This document shows positions 9,301 to 17,504 of a DNA stretch of 64,000 nt, one piece after another; position 1 is the first letter of the stretch, and each line of letters opens with the position of its first letter. A program made the translations under genes and the position numbers. The DNA comes from an uncultured Bdellovibrionales bacterium (lineage in GTDB: Bacteria; Bdellovibrionota; Bdellovibrionia; Bdellovibrionales; SG-bin7): positions 69,807 to 133,806 of the forward strand of contig CAZCFY010000012.1 in NCBI GenBank assembly GCA_964498095.1. The letters run 5' to 3'. Under the pieces are notes generated by a model that made no database searches, was not told the origin of the DNA, and worked only from the letters and a program-made list of their open reading frames with translations.

Positions 9301-9439
9301 CGGGTGGGGTGGTCTTGATCCGTTTGTTGTCCCCATTGCGCTTTCGTTGGGCTGGGGACTTGGTATTGGGTCTATCCTAACGATACTAATGATACCTTGT
9401 TTTATTGCCATTAAAGACGACGTGGCCGCCAAATTTTAA
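6317..9439 (+). CDS. efflux RND transporter permease (AcrB/HAE1-like)
   Basis: 1040 aa with a duplicated 6-TM plus large-loop layout. TM4-type motif GLIIVCGMLVDDAIVVGEN. Confidence 0.92.
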   Translation: MKALIGWFAERELLGWLMTFMVIILGIFSYISIKRETFPNVSYDVIAVTTIFPGAAASEVEKLITNPLELQLKEVTGIKQMNSVSTEGRSMISLMLDVDQTTLEKAKNDVESAVDSYTDRPLDAKEPVVLAVESKLAPVIGLTLYGDVSDMRLRTSAKFLEKQLRDVPGLAKVNYDGLRDIEYLVEANPAKLSRYQITLEELVGALKRQNLSIPGGTIEGDLSGKKEIAIRTSGQYDTPEDIAETVIRANDIGESVKVSDVATVSELLERPKLLVRANGKESIVLRVLQKENADAIDLVAAIKEKVEEVKRSKDARWDPKINVGYIDDYSFFIKRRLSVLQGNLAQGLILVLLIVGLLMPWRTALLTAGGIPFAFLGTMIVFYYTGVTLNLISVMGLIIVCGMLVDDAIVVGENATQMVEKGMSPNEAAARGAQEIWMPVAASVMTTVGAFYPMLNLSGIFGKFIKYIPMGVITALLFSLVECYFIMPAHLRWIYRGRGDAAAIASGAGEPIYSYFNRLWQSYAVPFYVGILESCIRYRYLVLVFFFLLIAASGILVKTQMRIVLFPTDGIEVIVLNFEAPVGTKLERTQTLMNPVEKIVAELPKDELLDYVSKAGMQGLNMFDPETFRGSHYGQMLVYLSPETDRTRSASEIKDELRKKIGNPQEIKFKFGNVATGPPTGSPINIGVRGENYEDIIKVVNQIKGIVEKLPGAFDIVDTYTKGKEEINVSVDPVNANSAQLTIGGIGATVRAAYEGIVATSIRNLEEEIDVRVTLPAENRSEESSLERLYINNNRGNLVPLSRVARFGKSQGIESYLHENNQRQVTVKGNIDDRVSSTLKIHGEVKKLLPEILKANPGVGVYFGGEEKDTNESLEGLKIAMLIAIVGIYFMLILSFNSIFQPMFILLSIPMGIVSVIWAFFLHNNKPLSFLCMIGVVALSGVIVNNIIVLMDTINEYRRNGMKNYDSIIAAARSRFRPIFLTTATTVFGLLPTAYGWGGLDPFVVPIALSLGWGLGIGSILTILMIPCFIAIKDDVAAKF

Positions 9440-9440
9440 A

Positions 9441-10223
9441 TTATTGACCCAAATAGCGCATGATATCTTCGCGAGTCATGTGTATTACGCGCTTCTTAGA
9501 CTGTTTTTCGCAAAAACTTCTTTTAACGGCTTTTTTAACACTATATTTTTGGCCGATTAAGTTCTCGCAAGAAAATTGTGACATACACGCGACATAAGGA
9601 CGATTGCGGTAGTTAATGCCTTTTGCGTTAAGCTCGCCATCCTTAAACTTGACCGTGCTGACGCGTTTTGAATTGGGAATATAGACGCGGCAAATGGAGT
9701 TTAATTTTTCATGATTGCGTTGGTCGTTTTTCGAATTGGTTACCGGTGAATTTTCCGCAATAGTAGTTTCTTCAGGCAAGAGACCATCATTCATGTCAGT
9801 TTCATCTGATTTATCAGCAGCGGCTTCTGCCTCTGGTTCAGATGCGGAATCAGAACCTTCACTTCCGGCGGTGGACCCGGAAGAATCAGAACTTGATTCG
9901 CTAGCGCTAGACGCCTCTTCACTAGCAGCCCTTCCCCGCGAATCTACGCTAGCAACGTCCGTGTCGCTAGTTCCACCGCTTGCGCCTCCCGAAGCGCTGT
10001 CTCCCCCGATACTACTATCACCCGAAGGTCCCTCCCCTGGGCTGGGCTCAGACGGACGAAGGTTAACCGGAGCATCAATAATTAATGCCGGCTGATCGAC
10101 GTCAAAATCCAATTTATTGGGACCACAATTTTGAAACGAACCAATTAGTGGAATTCCTAGAATCATTATAGCTACCACCTGGCGTTTCACTTTGAAGCGC
10201 TTGTTGATTTGTTTCATTTCCAT
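9441..10223 (-). CDS. hypothetical exported protein with acidic Ser/Gly/Asp/Glu-rich linker and Cys-containing C-terminal domain
   Basis: N-terminal hydrophobic segment VVAIMILGIPLIGSF. About 100 aa of low complexity (GDSSIGGDSASGGASGGTSDTD...SESSSDSSGSTAGSEGSDSASE). The C-terminal ~90 aa contain 4 Cys. Confidence 0.6.
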   Translation of the reverse strand: MEMKQINKRFKVKRQVVAIMILGIPLIGSFQNCGPNKLDFDVDQPALIIDAPVNLRPSEPSPGEGPSGDSSIGGDSASGGASGGTSDTDVASVDSRGRAASEEASSASESSSDSSGSTAGSEGSDSASEPEAEAAADKSDETDMNDGLLPEETTIAENSPVTNSKNDQRNHEKLNSICRVYIPNSKRVSTVKFKDGELNAKGINYRNRPYVACMSQFSCENLIGQKYSVKKAVKRSFCEKQSKKRVIHMTREDIMRYLGQ

Positions 10224-10327
10224 GCTAAATATTTCGGCGGAACGCGGCAGGACTTTAGTCAGATGAAAAAAAGTTTTACAAAATGAGTTGATTTGAGAAA
10301 CTAGAATTCAATTTTGAGACAAACCAG

Positions 10328-10873
10328 ATGATTAAAACTATTTGTGTTTTTTGCGGATCGCGAAGTGGAGCATCCCAAAAATATTCTGAGGCCACCAAAC
10401 TCGCCGCACGGCTCATCTATAATAATGGATGTGGCTTGGTATATGGTGGGGCCTCCGTTGGACTCATGGGAGTGTTAGCCGATGAGTGTCTCAAAATGGG
10501 AGCCAAAGTTACTGGCGTATTGCCCGAAAATTTTCAGACAATCGAGTTGGCTCATCAAAATTTGACCAAGTTAATTCGTGTCAAAACCATGCATGACAGA
10601 AAATTTAAAATGTATGAGCTAAGTGATGCGTTCCTTATTATTCCCGGCGGTTTGGGAACGATGGATGAATTCTTTGAAATCGTGACTTGGAAACAGATTG
10701 GAATTCACCAAAAGCCGATAGCAATTTGGAACTATAATTCTTACTATAAGGATTTAATAAATTTCCTGACATTTACCCAGGCCCAGGGATTTGTCTCTGG
10801 GTTGGACGAGATCATTCATGTTGACTCCGACCTAGAAAAGATCTTTGAATACTTCAGAAAAGGGGGTTCTTAA
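10328..10873 (+). CDS. LOG family protein (TIGR00730-type nucleotide/cytokinin riboside 5'-monophosphate phosphoribohydrolase)
   Basis: [21 protein letters not shown] and the [12 protein letters not shown] motif. Confidence 0.9.
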   Translation: MIKTICVFCGSRSGASQKYSEATKLAARLIYNNGCGLVYGGASVGLMGVLADECLKMGAKVTGVLPENFQTIELAHQNLTKLIRVKTMHDRKFKMYELSDAFLIIPGGLGTMDEFFEIVTWKQIGIHQKPIAIWNYNSYYKDLINFLTFTQAQGFVSGLDEIIHVDSDLEKIFEYFRKGGS

Positions 10874-11232
10874 TGGGAATCGTCGGAGAATTTAAGGAAT
10901 TTGCCGTAAAAGGAAATGTTGTAGATATGGCCGTGGGAATTATCATTGGGGCTGAATTTGGAAAAATAGTAACGTCATTAGTTAACGATGTGATCATGCC
11001 GCCCATTGGGCTACTCATCGGTAGGGTAGATTTTAAAAATTTATTTGTAGTTTTAAAAGAAGGAGCAATACAGCCGGAGCCCTATCAAACTCTCGTCGAT
11101 GCGCAAAAGGCCGGAGCTGTGACAATTAACTTCGGCCTCTTTATTACGACGATGATTGCATTTACTATCGTCGCTTTTTCGGTTTTTTTAATGATTAAAT
11201 TTATTAATAAAGCGCGGGCGCGACTGAATTAA
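10873..11232 (+). CDS. mscL: large-conductance mechanosensitive channel
   Basis: [41 protein letters not shown] is the canonical MscL N-terminus/TM1. TAATG overlap with the LOG gene. Confidence 0.93.
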   Translation: MGIVGEFKEFAVKGNVVDMAVGIIIGAEFGKIVTSLVNDVIMPPIGLLIGRVDFKNLFVVLKEGAIQPEPYQTLVDAQKAGAVTINFGLFITTMIAFTIVAFSVFLMIKFINKARARLN

Positions 11233-11613
11233 TTATTCGTCGCGATATCCGCCGCCGCCACCGCCGCGGCCGCCGCGGAATCCACCGCCGCCACCACCGC
11301 CACGACCACCGCGGAATCCACCACCGCCGCCGCCGCCACGACCACCTCGGCCGCCACCACCCTCTTCACGAGCGCGGGCTTCACTAACTACAATTTTACG
11401 GCCACCAAAATCAGAGCCGTTTAAAGAGCTAATGGCTTTTTCGGCTTCGTCATCGTTTTGCATTTCTACAAAACCGAAACCTTTACTGCGACCAGACTCG
11501 CGGTCCGTAATAATTTTAACAGAATCTACTGTGCCGAAAGCTCCAAAAGTTGAAGTTAGATTTTCGTCAGTAGTTGTGTAGGGAAGGTTCCCTACGTAAA
11601 GCTTCTTACCCAT
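11233..11613 (-). CDS. RRM-type RNA-binding protein with Gly/Arg-rich (RGG/FRGG) tail
   Basis: RNP2 LYVGNL and RNP1 KGFGFVEM. C-terminal GGGGRGGRGGGGGGGFRGGRGGGGGGGFRGGRGGGGGGYRDE. GGAGG Shine-Dalgarno upstream. Confidence 0.9.
   Translation of the reverse strand: MGKKLYVGNLPYTTTDENLTSTFGAFGTVDSVKIITDRESGRSKGFGFVEMQNDDEAEKAISSLNGSDFGGRKIVVSEARAREEGGGGRGGRGGGGGGGFRGGRGGGGGGGFRGGRGGGGGGYRDE
11275..11346. repeat. two tandem 36-nt units inside the RGG tail coding region
   Basis: gcggaatccaccgccgccaccaccgccacgaccacc followed by gcggaatccaccaccgccgccgccgccacgaccacc. Each encodes GGFRGGRGGGGG-type repeats on the minus strand. Confidence 0.8.
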
Positions 11614-11695
11614 AAAACAAAATCCTCCAAAAAAAGCCTAGTGAATCGTGGGCAAAAAACCCGAGGTCCCCTAGTGCAATAAGAATATTACAGTA

Positions 11696-12370
11696 TCACG
11701 GCGAGTGTTGCCAATAATCTTCTGGTAGTGTTACCCGAAATCCTTGCGGAATGTCGAGCCGAATAGCGATATTTTCGTCTAGGAATTCCAGCGCTATGGC
11801 GCGTAAAGCAATGCTCTGAGACATAAAATTTTGCTTCGACCCATATTTCATATCGCCGACTATCGGGAACCCGGCTTTAAACATATGAAACCTAAGTTGG
11901 TGTGGGCGGCCCGTCTCGGGATTTAATTCCCATGCGATTAGATTTTTGCCACCCCAAGAAAAAACTTTTTGTGGAGTCGCATGAGTGATAGCTTTTTTGC
12001 CATGAGGTGCTTCAAAAACGCGCTTTTTCCCGCGAACAAGCAGATGCGACCATGTTACGGTTTTGTTAAATTCAAGTGGCGCGATTGGTTTTTCGTTCGA
12101 CCAGGCGATATAGGTCTTCCTAACTTTACGGCTCTCAAATATCTCCGTGAGTAAACGCTGAGTGTTAGCGTTTTTAGCAAAAACCAATAGTCCTGACACT
12201 TCAAAATCTAGGCGGTGCACAGGATACAAGTTACGTTTTTCCAAATGGGGGAGCAGGCTCGCGGCCGTTGGGCGCGAATCCTCTTTGGCAAATCGCGACG
12301 GTACACTTAAAACCCCGGCGGGTTTGTCCATTACGACTAAATCTTTACTTTCAAAAACGACGACGTTCAC
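11696..12370 (-). CDS. RluA-family pseudouridine synthase
   Basis: VVMDKPAGVLSVPSR and the catalytic-Asp motif HRLDFEVSGLLVFAK. No S4 domain. Confidence 0.87.
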   Translation of the reverse strand: MNVVVFESKDLVVMDKPAGVLSVPSRFAKEDSRPTAASLLPHLEKRNLYPVHRLDFEVSGLLVFAKNANTQRLLTEIFESRKVRKTYIAWSNEKPIAPLEFNKTVTWSHLLVRGKKRVFEAPHGKKAITHATPQKVFSWGGKNLIAWELNPETGRPHQLRFHMFKAGFPIVGDMKYGSKQNFMSQSIALRAIALEFLDENIAIRLDIPQGFRVTLPEDYWQHSP

Positions 12371-12413
12371 CTAGGATGGGACATATAAAGGGAATCTTCA
12401 CAGAGATCAAGAA

Positions 12414-13046
12414 ATGCGGATTGAAACTTTAGTTGTCGGTAGCTTTCAGTGTAATTGTTTTATTTTAGTCGACGAAAAATCGCTGGAAGCGATTATTGTC
12501 GATCCCGGCGACGAGCCCGAGGCAATTTTGTCCTATGTTACCGGCGAAGGTTTGACGGTGAAGGCTCTTATCCATACCCACGCTCATCTTGACCATATGA
12601 TGGCCACCAAAAAGGTGCAGTCTGAAACCAATGCCTTGGCTTATCTTCATAAGGAAGACACCTACTTGTGGGAAAACGTACAAATGCAAGCCGACATGTT
12701 TGGTTTGGAAACAGATGGCCCAGGCCGTGTGGATAAGCATCTTGAAGAGGGAATGGAAATAAATTGGGGCGGAGAAAAAGTAAAAACTATTTTTACTCCG
12801 GGACACACGCCAGGATCGTGCTGCTTTCATTACGCGGGCAGTGAGTCTTTGCTTTTTTCTGGCGACACATTGTTTAAAAATTCCATCGGCCGCACGGATT
12901 TATGGGGCGGGGATTTTGAGAAGATTTCTAAATCGATTCGCAAGAAACTCTATTCTTTGGACGACGACACGGTCGTGCTGTGTGGGCATGGGCCGGAAAC
13001 TTTAATCGGTAAAGAGAAAAGATATAATCCTTTTGTAACCTTATAA
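12414..13046 (+). CDS. MBL-fold metallo-hydrolase (glyoxalase II-like)
   Basis: HTHAHLDH metal motif, later TPGHTPGS and CGHGPET. Confidence 0.87.
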   Translation: MRIETLVVGSFQCNCFILVDEKSLEAIIVDPGDEPEAILSYVTGEGLTVKALIHTHAHLDHMMATKKVQSETNALAYLHKEDTYLWENVQMQADMFGLETDGPGRVDKHLEEGMEINWGGEKVKTIFTPGHTPGSCCFHYAGSESLLFSGDTLFKNSIGRTDLWGGDFEKISKSIRKKLYSLDDDTVVLCGHGPETLIGKEKRYNPFVTL

Positions 13047-13084
13047 GATACTTTTTGGGTTCTTATAGCCGGGCACAAACAAAC

Positions 13085-13495
13085 CTATTTCGGCGCTTGA
13101 ATCTTGTTCATCACACGCTGAAGTTTAGATTGCAGCAGTGATTGCGTGTAGGGCTTAACTATGTAGTCGGCAACGCCGTGGGTGATGGCCTCTAAAATAT
13201 TCTTTTGGTTACCTTCGACCGTAACAAAGATAACCGGGATATTTTTAAATTTCTCGTCAGACTGACAGAATTTTAAAAAATCAATGCCGTTCATGTTAGG
13301 CATATCCCAATCGCAAATTATTATATGAAAAGGATCATTAGTTTTCTGCGAATCTTTTAACTTTTGTACCGCTTCCGTACCATCTGTGGCCATTACGATG
13401 CGCTTAAAACCCATGTCGTTTAAATAGTTGTTAAGCATAGCGCGCATGGTTTCCATGTCATCGACAACAAGAACCTTTAAATTCGCAGAGAACAT
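13085..13495 (-). CDS. cheY: CheY-like single-domain response regulator
   Basis: LKVLVVDDMETMR, IICDWDMPNMNG (compare E. coli DWNMPNMDG) and YIVKPY. AGGAG sits 8 nt upstream of ATG 13495, inside the longer ORF. Confidence 0.82.
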   Translation of the reverse strand: MFSANLKVLVVDDMETMRAMLNNYLNDMGFKRIVMATDGTEAVQKLKDSQKTNDPFHIIICDWDMPNMNGIDFLKFCQSDEKFKNIPVIFVTVEGNQKNILEAITHGVADYIVKPYTQSLLQSKLQRVMNKIQAPK

Positions 13496-13647
13496 ATTCA
13501 CTCCTAGATACATTCAGGATAGTAAAAAAAACTCAATAATGAAAGCGGTTTCCTTCTGTCTTCATGCGCCGAACTAGACCAAAGATTATAGCCGTTGGTT
13601 GAGAGATTTGATATTGTTTTTAGATTGGAACATAAGGGGCGCCATAG

Positions 13648-14787
13648 GTGAACACGACATCAACTGAACTGGATCTGTTTAGAAATTCAGTGCGTGATTT
13701 TGTTAACAAGGAGATTCGTCCTCACGTCGAGAAGTGGGAAGCGCAAGGCTTCACGCCGCGAAATATCTGGAAAAAATGTGGAGATCTCGGTTTTTTAGGT
13801 ATTCCCTACGAGGAAAAGTATAGAGGTCTTGCGGCTAACTTTTCTTATTCCTTTATCTTTACTGAAGAAATGGCTCAATGCGGTTCTTTAGGTGTGGCTC
13901 TAGGTCTTGCCGTGCAAACAGACATGGCCACTCCCGCACTTGCCGAAAAAGGGAGTGCCGAATTAAAAGAAAAATATTTGCGGCCAAGTATTTCCGGCGA
14001 AATGATTGGCGCGATAGCGGTGACAGAACCTAATTGCGGCTCTGATGTGGCCGGTCTGCAAACAAAAGCGGTATTGCAAGGTGACAACTACATTTTAAAT
14101 GGCACTAAAATGTTTATTACCAACGGCACGCAAGCGGACTATTTTACGGTTTTGGCACGCACTAGTGATCAGCCTGGCCACCGCAGCTTCTCTTTGTTTA
14201 TCGTGCCGTCGGGCTTATCGGGTGTTACCAAAAGTAAAGTGCTAAAGAAAGTTTGTCACTTATCCTCGGATACTGCCGAAATAGTTTTTAGCAACGTAAA
14301 GGTACCAAAAGCCAATCGTATAGGCGAAGAGAACCAGGGGTTTATTTATCAAATGCAGCAGTTTCAATACGAGCGTTTAGCCGCCTGCGTGCAAATGTTG
14401 GGAGTGATGAAGCGCTGCTATTCTTTAACTAAGGAATATGTAAAATCCCGCAATCTCTTTGGCAAAAATCTTAACGAATTTCAACTAACCCGTCATAAGC
14501 TGGCGCAAATGGCGGCCGAAATTCAGACCATCGAAGCCTTGGCACTTCAATGTACGGAAAAAGCCAATCGCAAAGAAGAATTTACGCGTGAAGTGTCGAT
14601 TTTGAAATTAATGGCGGCACAAGCCCAGCAACGGGTAACCGAAGAATGCGTACAACTTCATGGTGGTTACGGCTTGATGGCAGAATATGAGGTAGCCCGA
14701 TACTTTAGGGATTCAAAGCTTGCCGGCATAGGCGGTGGCTCTAACGAAGTCATGAAAGAAATTATCGCGAAATTGGAAGGGCTGTAA
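13648..14787 (+). CDS. acyl-CoA dehydrogenase
   Basis: AVTEPNCGSDVAG, MFITNG and C-terminal YEVARYFRDSKLAGIGGGSNEVMKEIIA. GTG start after AAGGGG. Confidence 0.92.
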   Translation: MNTTSTELDLFRNSVRDFVNKEIRPHVEKWEAQGFTPRNIWKKCGDLGFLGIPYEEKYRGLAANFSYSFIFTEEMAQCGSLGVALGLAVQTDMATPALAEKGSAELKEKYLRPSISGEMIGAIAVTEPNCGSDVAGLQTKAVLQGDNYILNGTKMFITNGTQADYFTVLARTSDQPGHRSFSLFIVPSGLSGVTKSKVLKKVCHLSSDTAEIVFSNVKVPKANRIGEENQGFIYQMQQFQYERLAACVQMLGVMKRCYSLTKEYVKSRNLFGKNLNEFQLTRHKLAQMAAEIQTIEALALQCTEKANRKEEFTREVSILKLMAAQAQQRVTEECVQLHGGYGLMAEYEVARYFRDSKLAGIGGGSNEVMKEIIAKLEGL

Positions 14788-15647
14788 TGGCGAGCGGAAA
14801 AATTTCGATCACATGTGCGCTCACGGGGGTTCTTACCGATCCAAAAGACACCGGTGTTCCCGTCACTCCCGAGGAAATGGCCAATCACGCGCTAGAAGCT
14901 TACAACGCTGGGGCGAGCATTGTGCATTGTCATTTCCGCGATCAGATTCCGGGCAAGGGACACCTACCGACTTGGGATCCAAAAGTTGTTAAAGAAATTT
15001 GTGAGGCGATTAAAGCCAAAGTTCCGAAAATTATAATTAATATGTCGACGGGCGTTCCTGGGTCAGATATTTCTGGTCCCCTCTCTTGTCTAAAAAAGGT
15101 TAAACCCGAAATGGCAGCGCTTAATGCCGGCTCGCTAAATTATTTAAAAATAAAATCCGACGGCAGTTGGGCCTGGAAACCATTTTTGTTTGATAACTCC
15201 GTCGAAAAAGTTTCAGAGTTTGCCAAGGTCATGTACGAAAATAATATTATCGCCGAATGTGAGTGTTTTGATACAGGTATCGTGCGAAGTGTGGCAATGT
15301 ATGAAAAGGCGGGAATTTTAAAAAAACCCGTGAGTGTGTCTTTTGTCATGGGAGTAGCTAGTGGTATGCCCGCCAAACCAAGCTGGCTACCGCTCTTGGT
15401 TGATGAGTTAAATCCCGGAACCCACTGGCAGGTCATAGTCATTGGCCGCGACGAAGTTTGGCCGGTTTTAAAAAAGGCTGCGGATATGGGCGGTGATGTG
15501 CGCACGGGCCTCGAGGACACTTTCTATTTGCCTAACGGCGAAAAAACTAAATCCAACGGAAAACTAGTAGAGGCGCTAGCCAAAATCGTAAAAAACTCAG
15601 GACACGAAGTTGCCACGCCAGATGAAACAAGGGCGAAGTTTAGATGA
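14787..15647 (+). CDS. BKACE-family (3-keto-5-aminohexanoate cleavage-like, DUF849) enzyme
   Basis: ITCALTGVLTDPK...VTPEEMANHALEAYNAGASIVHCHFRD is typical of the family. 1-nt stop/start overlap with the dehydrogenase. Confidence 0.83.
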   Translation: MASGKISITCALTGVLTDPKDTGVPVTPEEMANHALEAYNAGASIVHCHFRDQIPGKGHLPTWDPKVVKEICEAIKAKVPKIIINMSTGVPGSDISGPLSCLKKVKPEMAALNAGSLNYLKIKSDGSWAWKPFLFDNSVEKVSEFAKVMYENNIIAECECFDTGIVRSVAMYEKAGILKKPVSVSFVMGVASGMPAKPSWLPLLVDELNPGTHWQVIVIGRDEVWPVLKKAADMGGDVRTGLEDTFYLPNGEKTKSNGKLVEALAKIVKNSGHEVATPDETRAKFR

Positions 15648-16645
15648 ATATTTTCAAATTTAACTTAATTTTAATTTTTGTTGCGGGGACCGTTCAAGCT
15701 AGTTGGGATAAAATCGAGGATGACCGCCTAACTACAAAATTTGGATTCAGCTCCCAAATCTTATCGGCGGAGTTTGTTGCACCAGAGACTATTAGTACTC
15801 GCAAAGTAACTTACAAACCAAATGCCCCGACAAAATTTAATATTGGATTGAGTTACCGAACCATTGGCCTATCCGTAGGGTTAACGGGCTCCATTCCTGA
15901 AAACTTAATACAAGAGCGAGGAAGCACCGAGCAAACCGACTACATACTTCGCTTTCTCGGCGAAAATACGTTTGAACTGTTTTATCAGCGCTACAAGGGC
16001 CTTTACATTGATAACTCTGAAGAAGTTGACCCCACTTACTCCGGATCAGCAAACCGGATTCAGCGACCGGACATTTTAAGTTCAAAATTCGGCATAAATT
16101 ACTTCCACAATTTTCGCGAAAAAGACTTTTCTTTAAGCTTAGCGTTCGATCAATCGGGGCGCCCTAAGTCTCCGGGTTGGTCGTACTTTCTATTTGCCTC
16201 GGCCGCGCATAATGATTTCAAAGGCGAGAGTGCGCTGATTCCCTCACAAGTTGCCAGCGATTTTGGTGACATGGCCCAAGTTCAAGCTATAGACGCTAAC
16301 ACCGCGACGGGGGGAATGGGTATCGGTGGTTTAACAAATTGGGGTGGCCTATATCTCTCTGGATTCCTAAGTTTTGGCTTTGGTTATCAAGACCAAAAGG
16401 TAATTACTACTTCTAACGTCGCAGAAACGATTTCTAAAACCGGATACAGTGGCAGCATGCGCGTGGGGCTTGGATACAATGCCGGCAATCACCTCTTTAC
16501 GGCGCAAATTCTAGGCGACAATGTCGCGGCAAAAATCAAAGATGGCCAACTCAATGCCATTACCCTTGATACTGGAATTTTTTACGGCTACCGCTGGGAT
16601 GGAGTAAATATTCCATTTTTAAATCCCCTCGCTAGTTTATTTTAA
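15644..16645 (+). CDS. hypothetical outer-membrane beta-barrel-like protein
   Basis: Signal peptide MNIFKFNLILIFVAGTVQA, alternating hydrophobic/Gly-rich strands, C-terminal ...LASLF. ATGA overlap with the BKACE gene. Confidence 0.55.
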   Translation: MNIFKFNLILIFVAGTVQASWDKIEDDRLTTKFGFSSQILSAEFVAPETISTRKVTYKPNAPTKFNIGLSYRTIGLSVGLTGSIPENLIQERGSTEQTDYILRFLGENTFELFYQRYKGLYIDNSEEVDPTYSGSANRIQRPDILSSKFGINYFHNFREKDFSLSLAFDQSGRPKSPGWSYFLFASAAHNDFKGESALIPSQVASDFGDMAQVQAIDANTATGGMGIGGLTNWGGLYLSGFLSFGFGYQDQKVITTSNVAETISKTGYSGSMRVGLGYNAGNHLFTAQILGDNVAAKIKDGQLNAITLDTGIFYGYRWDGVNIPFLNPLASLF

Positions 16646-17322
16646 GATTTCACGAATCCCTGGCAGTGGAAGTGTTTACGGCTTTCTAAATCATTTATAA
16701 CTTCGGAGCGAAAGTCTTTGCCGGCAAATTGCTTTTTATAGTCTGCGATATTTAATTGTTCAAAGCCAACACAAATACGTTTAAATAAGCGCGGGAAGAT
16801 TTCTCCGGGAGCTTGAACGTGGTGCAGACCCCCGCTATAGGCGATTAAAATTTTACCGTGGTTAATTTTCTCTAGGATTTCCGTGACGCCGCCCTTGATG
16901 CTCATGGGCTTTCCGTATTTATCAAGACCATCTTTACGCATCATGCGGCCTTCCGGAAAAATGACCATGAGTGAATTTCCCTTAGCTCTTTCTAAAAAAT
17001 GCGTCCAGGAGTCATCACGTTTTCGGGTGATTGGGACGGCGTTCGGAATCAGAATTTTAAAAAACCATCCAGCTATCGGGCGGTTCATTGTAACGTCGGC
17101 GATTGGCAACACCAGCCTGTCAATAGCGTACCAAAGATTTATATTTGGAATAGCAGCGGCAAATAGAAACTCAAATAAGCTCGTATGATTTAGGCAAATG
17201 ACTATTCGAAGCTCTGCCCAGCGGATTTCTTCCTTAGGAGTAATCCAGTTTACCTCTACGCGGTAAAACAATTTGGTAAAGTATTTTATCGAATAAACTA
17301 CGAGGGCGGTGAGTAACTTCAT
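16642..17322 (-). CDS. lysophospholipid (1-acyl-sn-glycerol-3-phosphate-type) acyltransferase
   Basis: NHTSLFEF (HX4D/E-type box) and FPEGRM box. N-terminal hydrophobic anchor. Confidence 0.78.
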   Translation of the reverse strand: MKLLTALVVYSIKYFTKLFYRVEVNWITPKEEIRWAELRIVICLNHTSLFEFLFAAAIPNINLWYAIDRLVLPIADVTMNRPIAGWFFKILIPNAVPITRKRDDSWTHFLERAKGNSLMVIFPEGRMMRKDGLDKYGKPMSIKGGVTEILEKINHGKILIAYSGGLHHVQAPGEIFPRLFKRICVGFEQLNIADYKKQFAGKDFRSEVINDLESRKHFHCQGFVKS

Positions 17323-17504
17323 ACCCTAAAACGGTAACATTTTGGTCTCTTTTTTGGCAGTGATTTTTAAATTCGCAAAGACTTTTGACGGTTGAATATC
17401 CAAACACTTTTGCGGCGGGGTTAACTCAAATGAGAGGCCACGGCGAGACGGTACAGCCCTTGTAATGAAGTTATACATGAATAGAAATTTATTTTGGAGG
17501 AAAC

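Noticed and set aside
9715-10095. 126-aa plus-strand ORF antisense to 9441..10223
   Set aside because: It mirrors the Ser/Gly/Asp-rich low-complexity tract of the minus-strand gene. There is no independent coding signal.
17344-17363. ggtctcttttttggcagtga, a possible degenerate inverted copy of the 38-nt repeat on the left flank of the 17.3-19.1 kb segment (which would imply terminal inverted repeats)
   Set aside because: The match (~18 of 21 with two indels) is dominated by a T-run and does not extend to the rest of the repeat. That is too weak to call a mobile cassette without genome-wide comparison.
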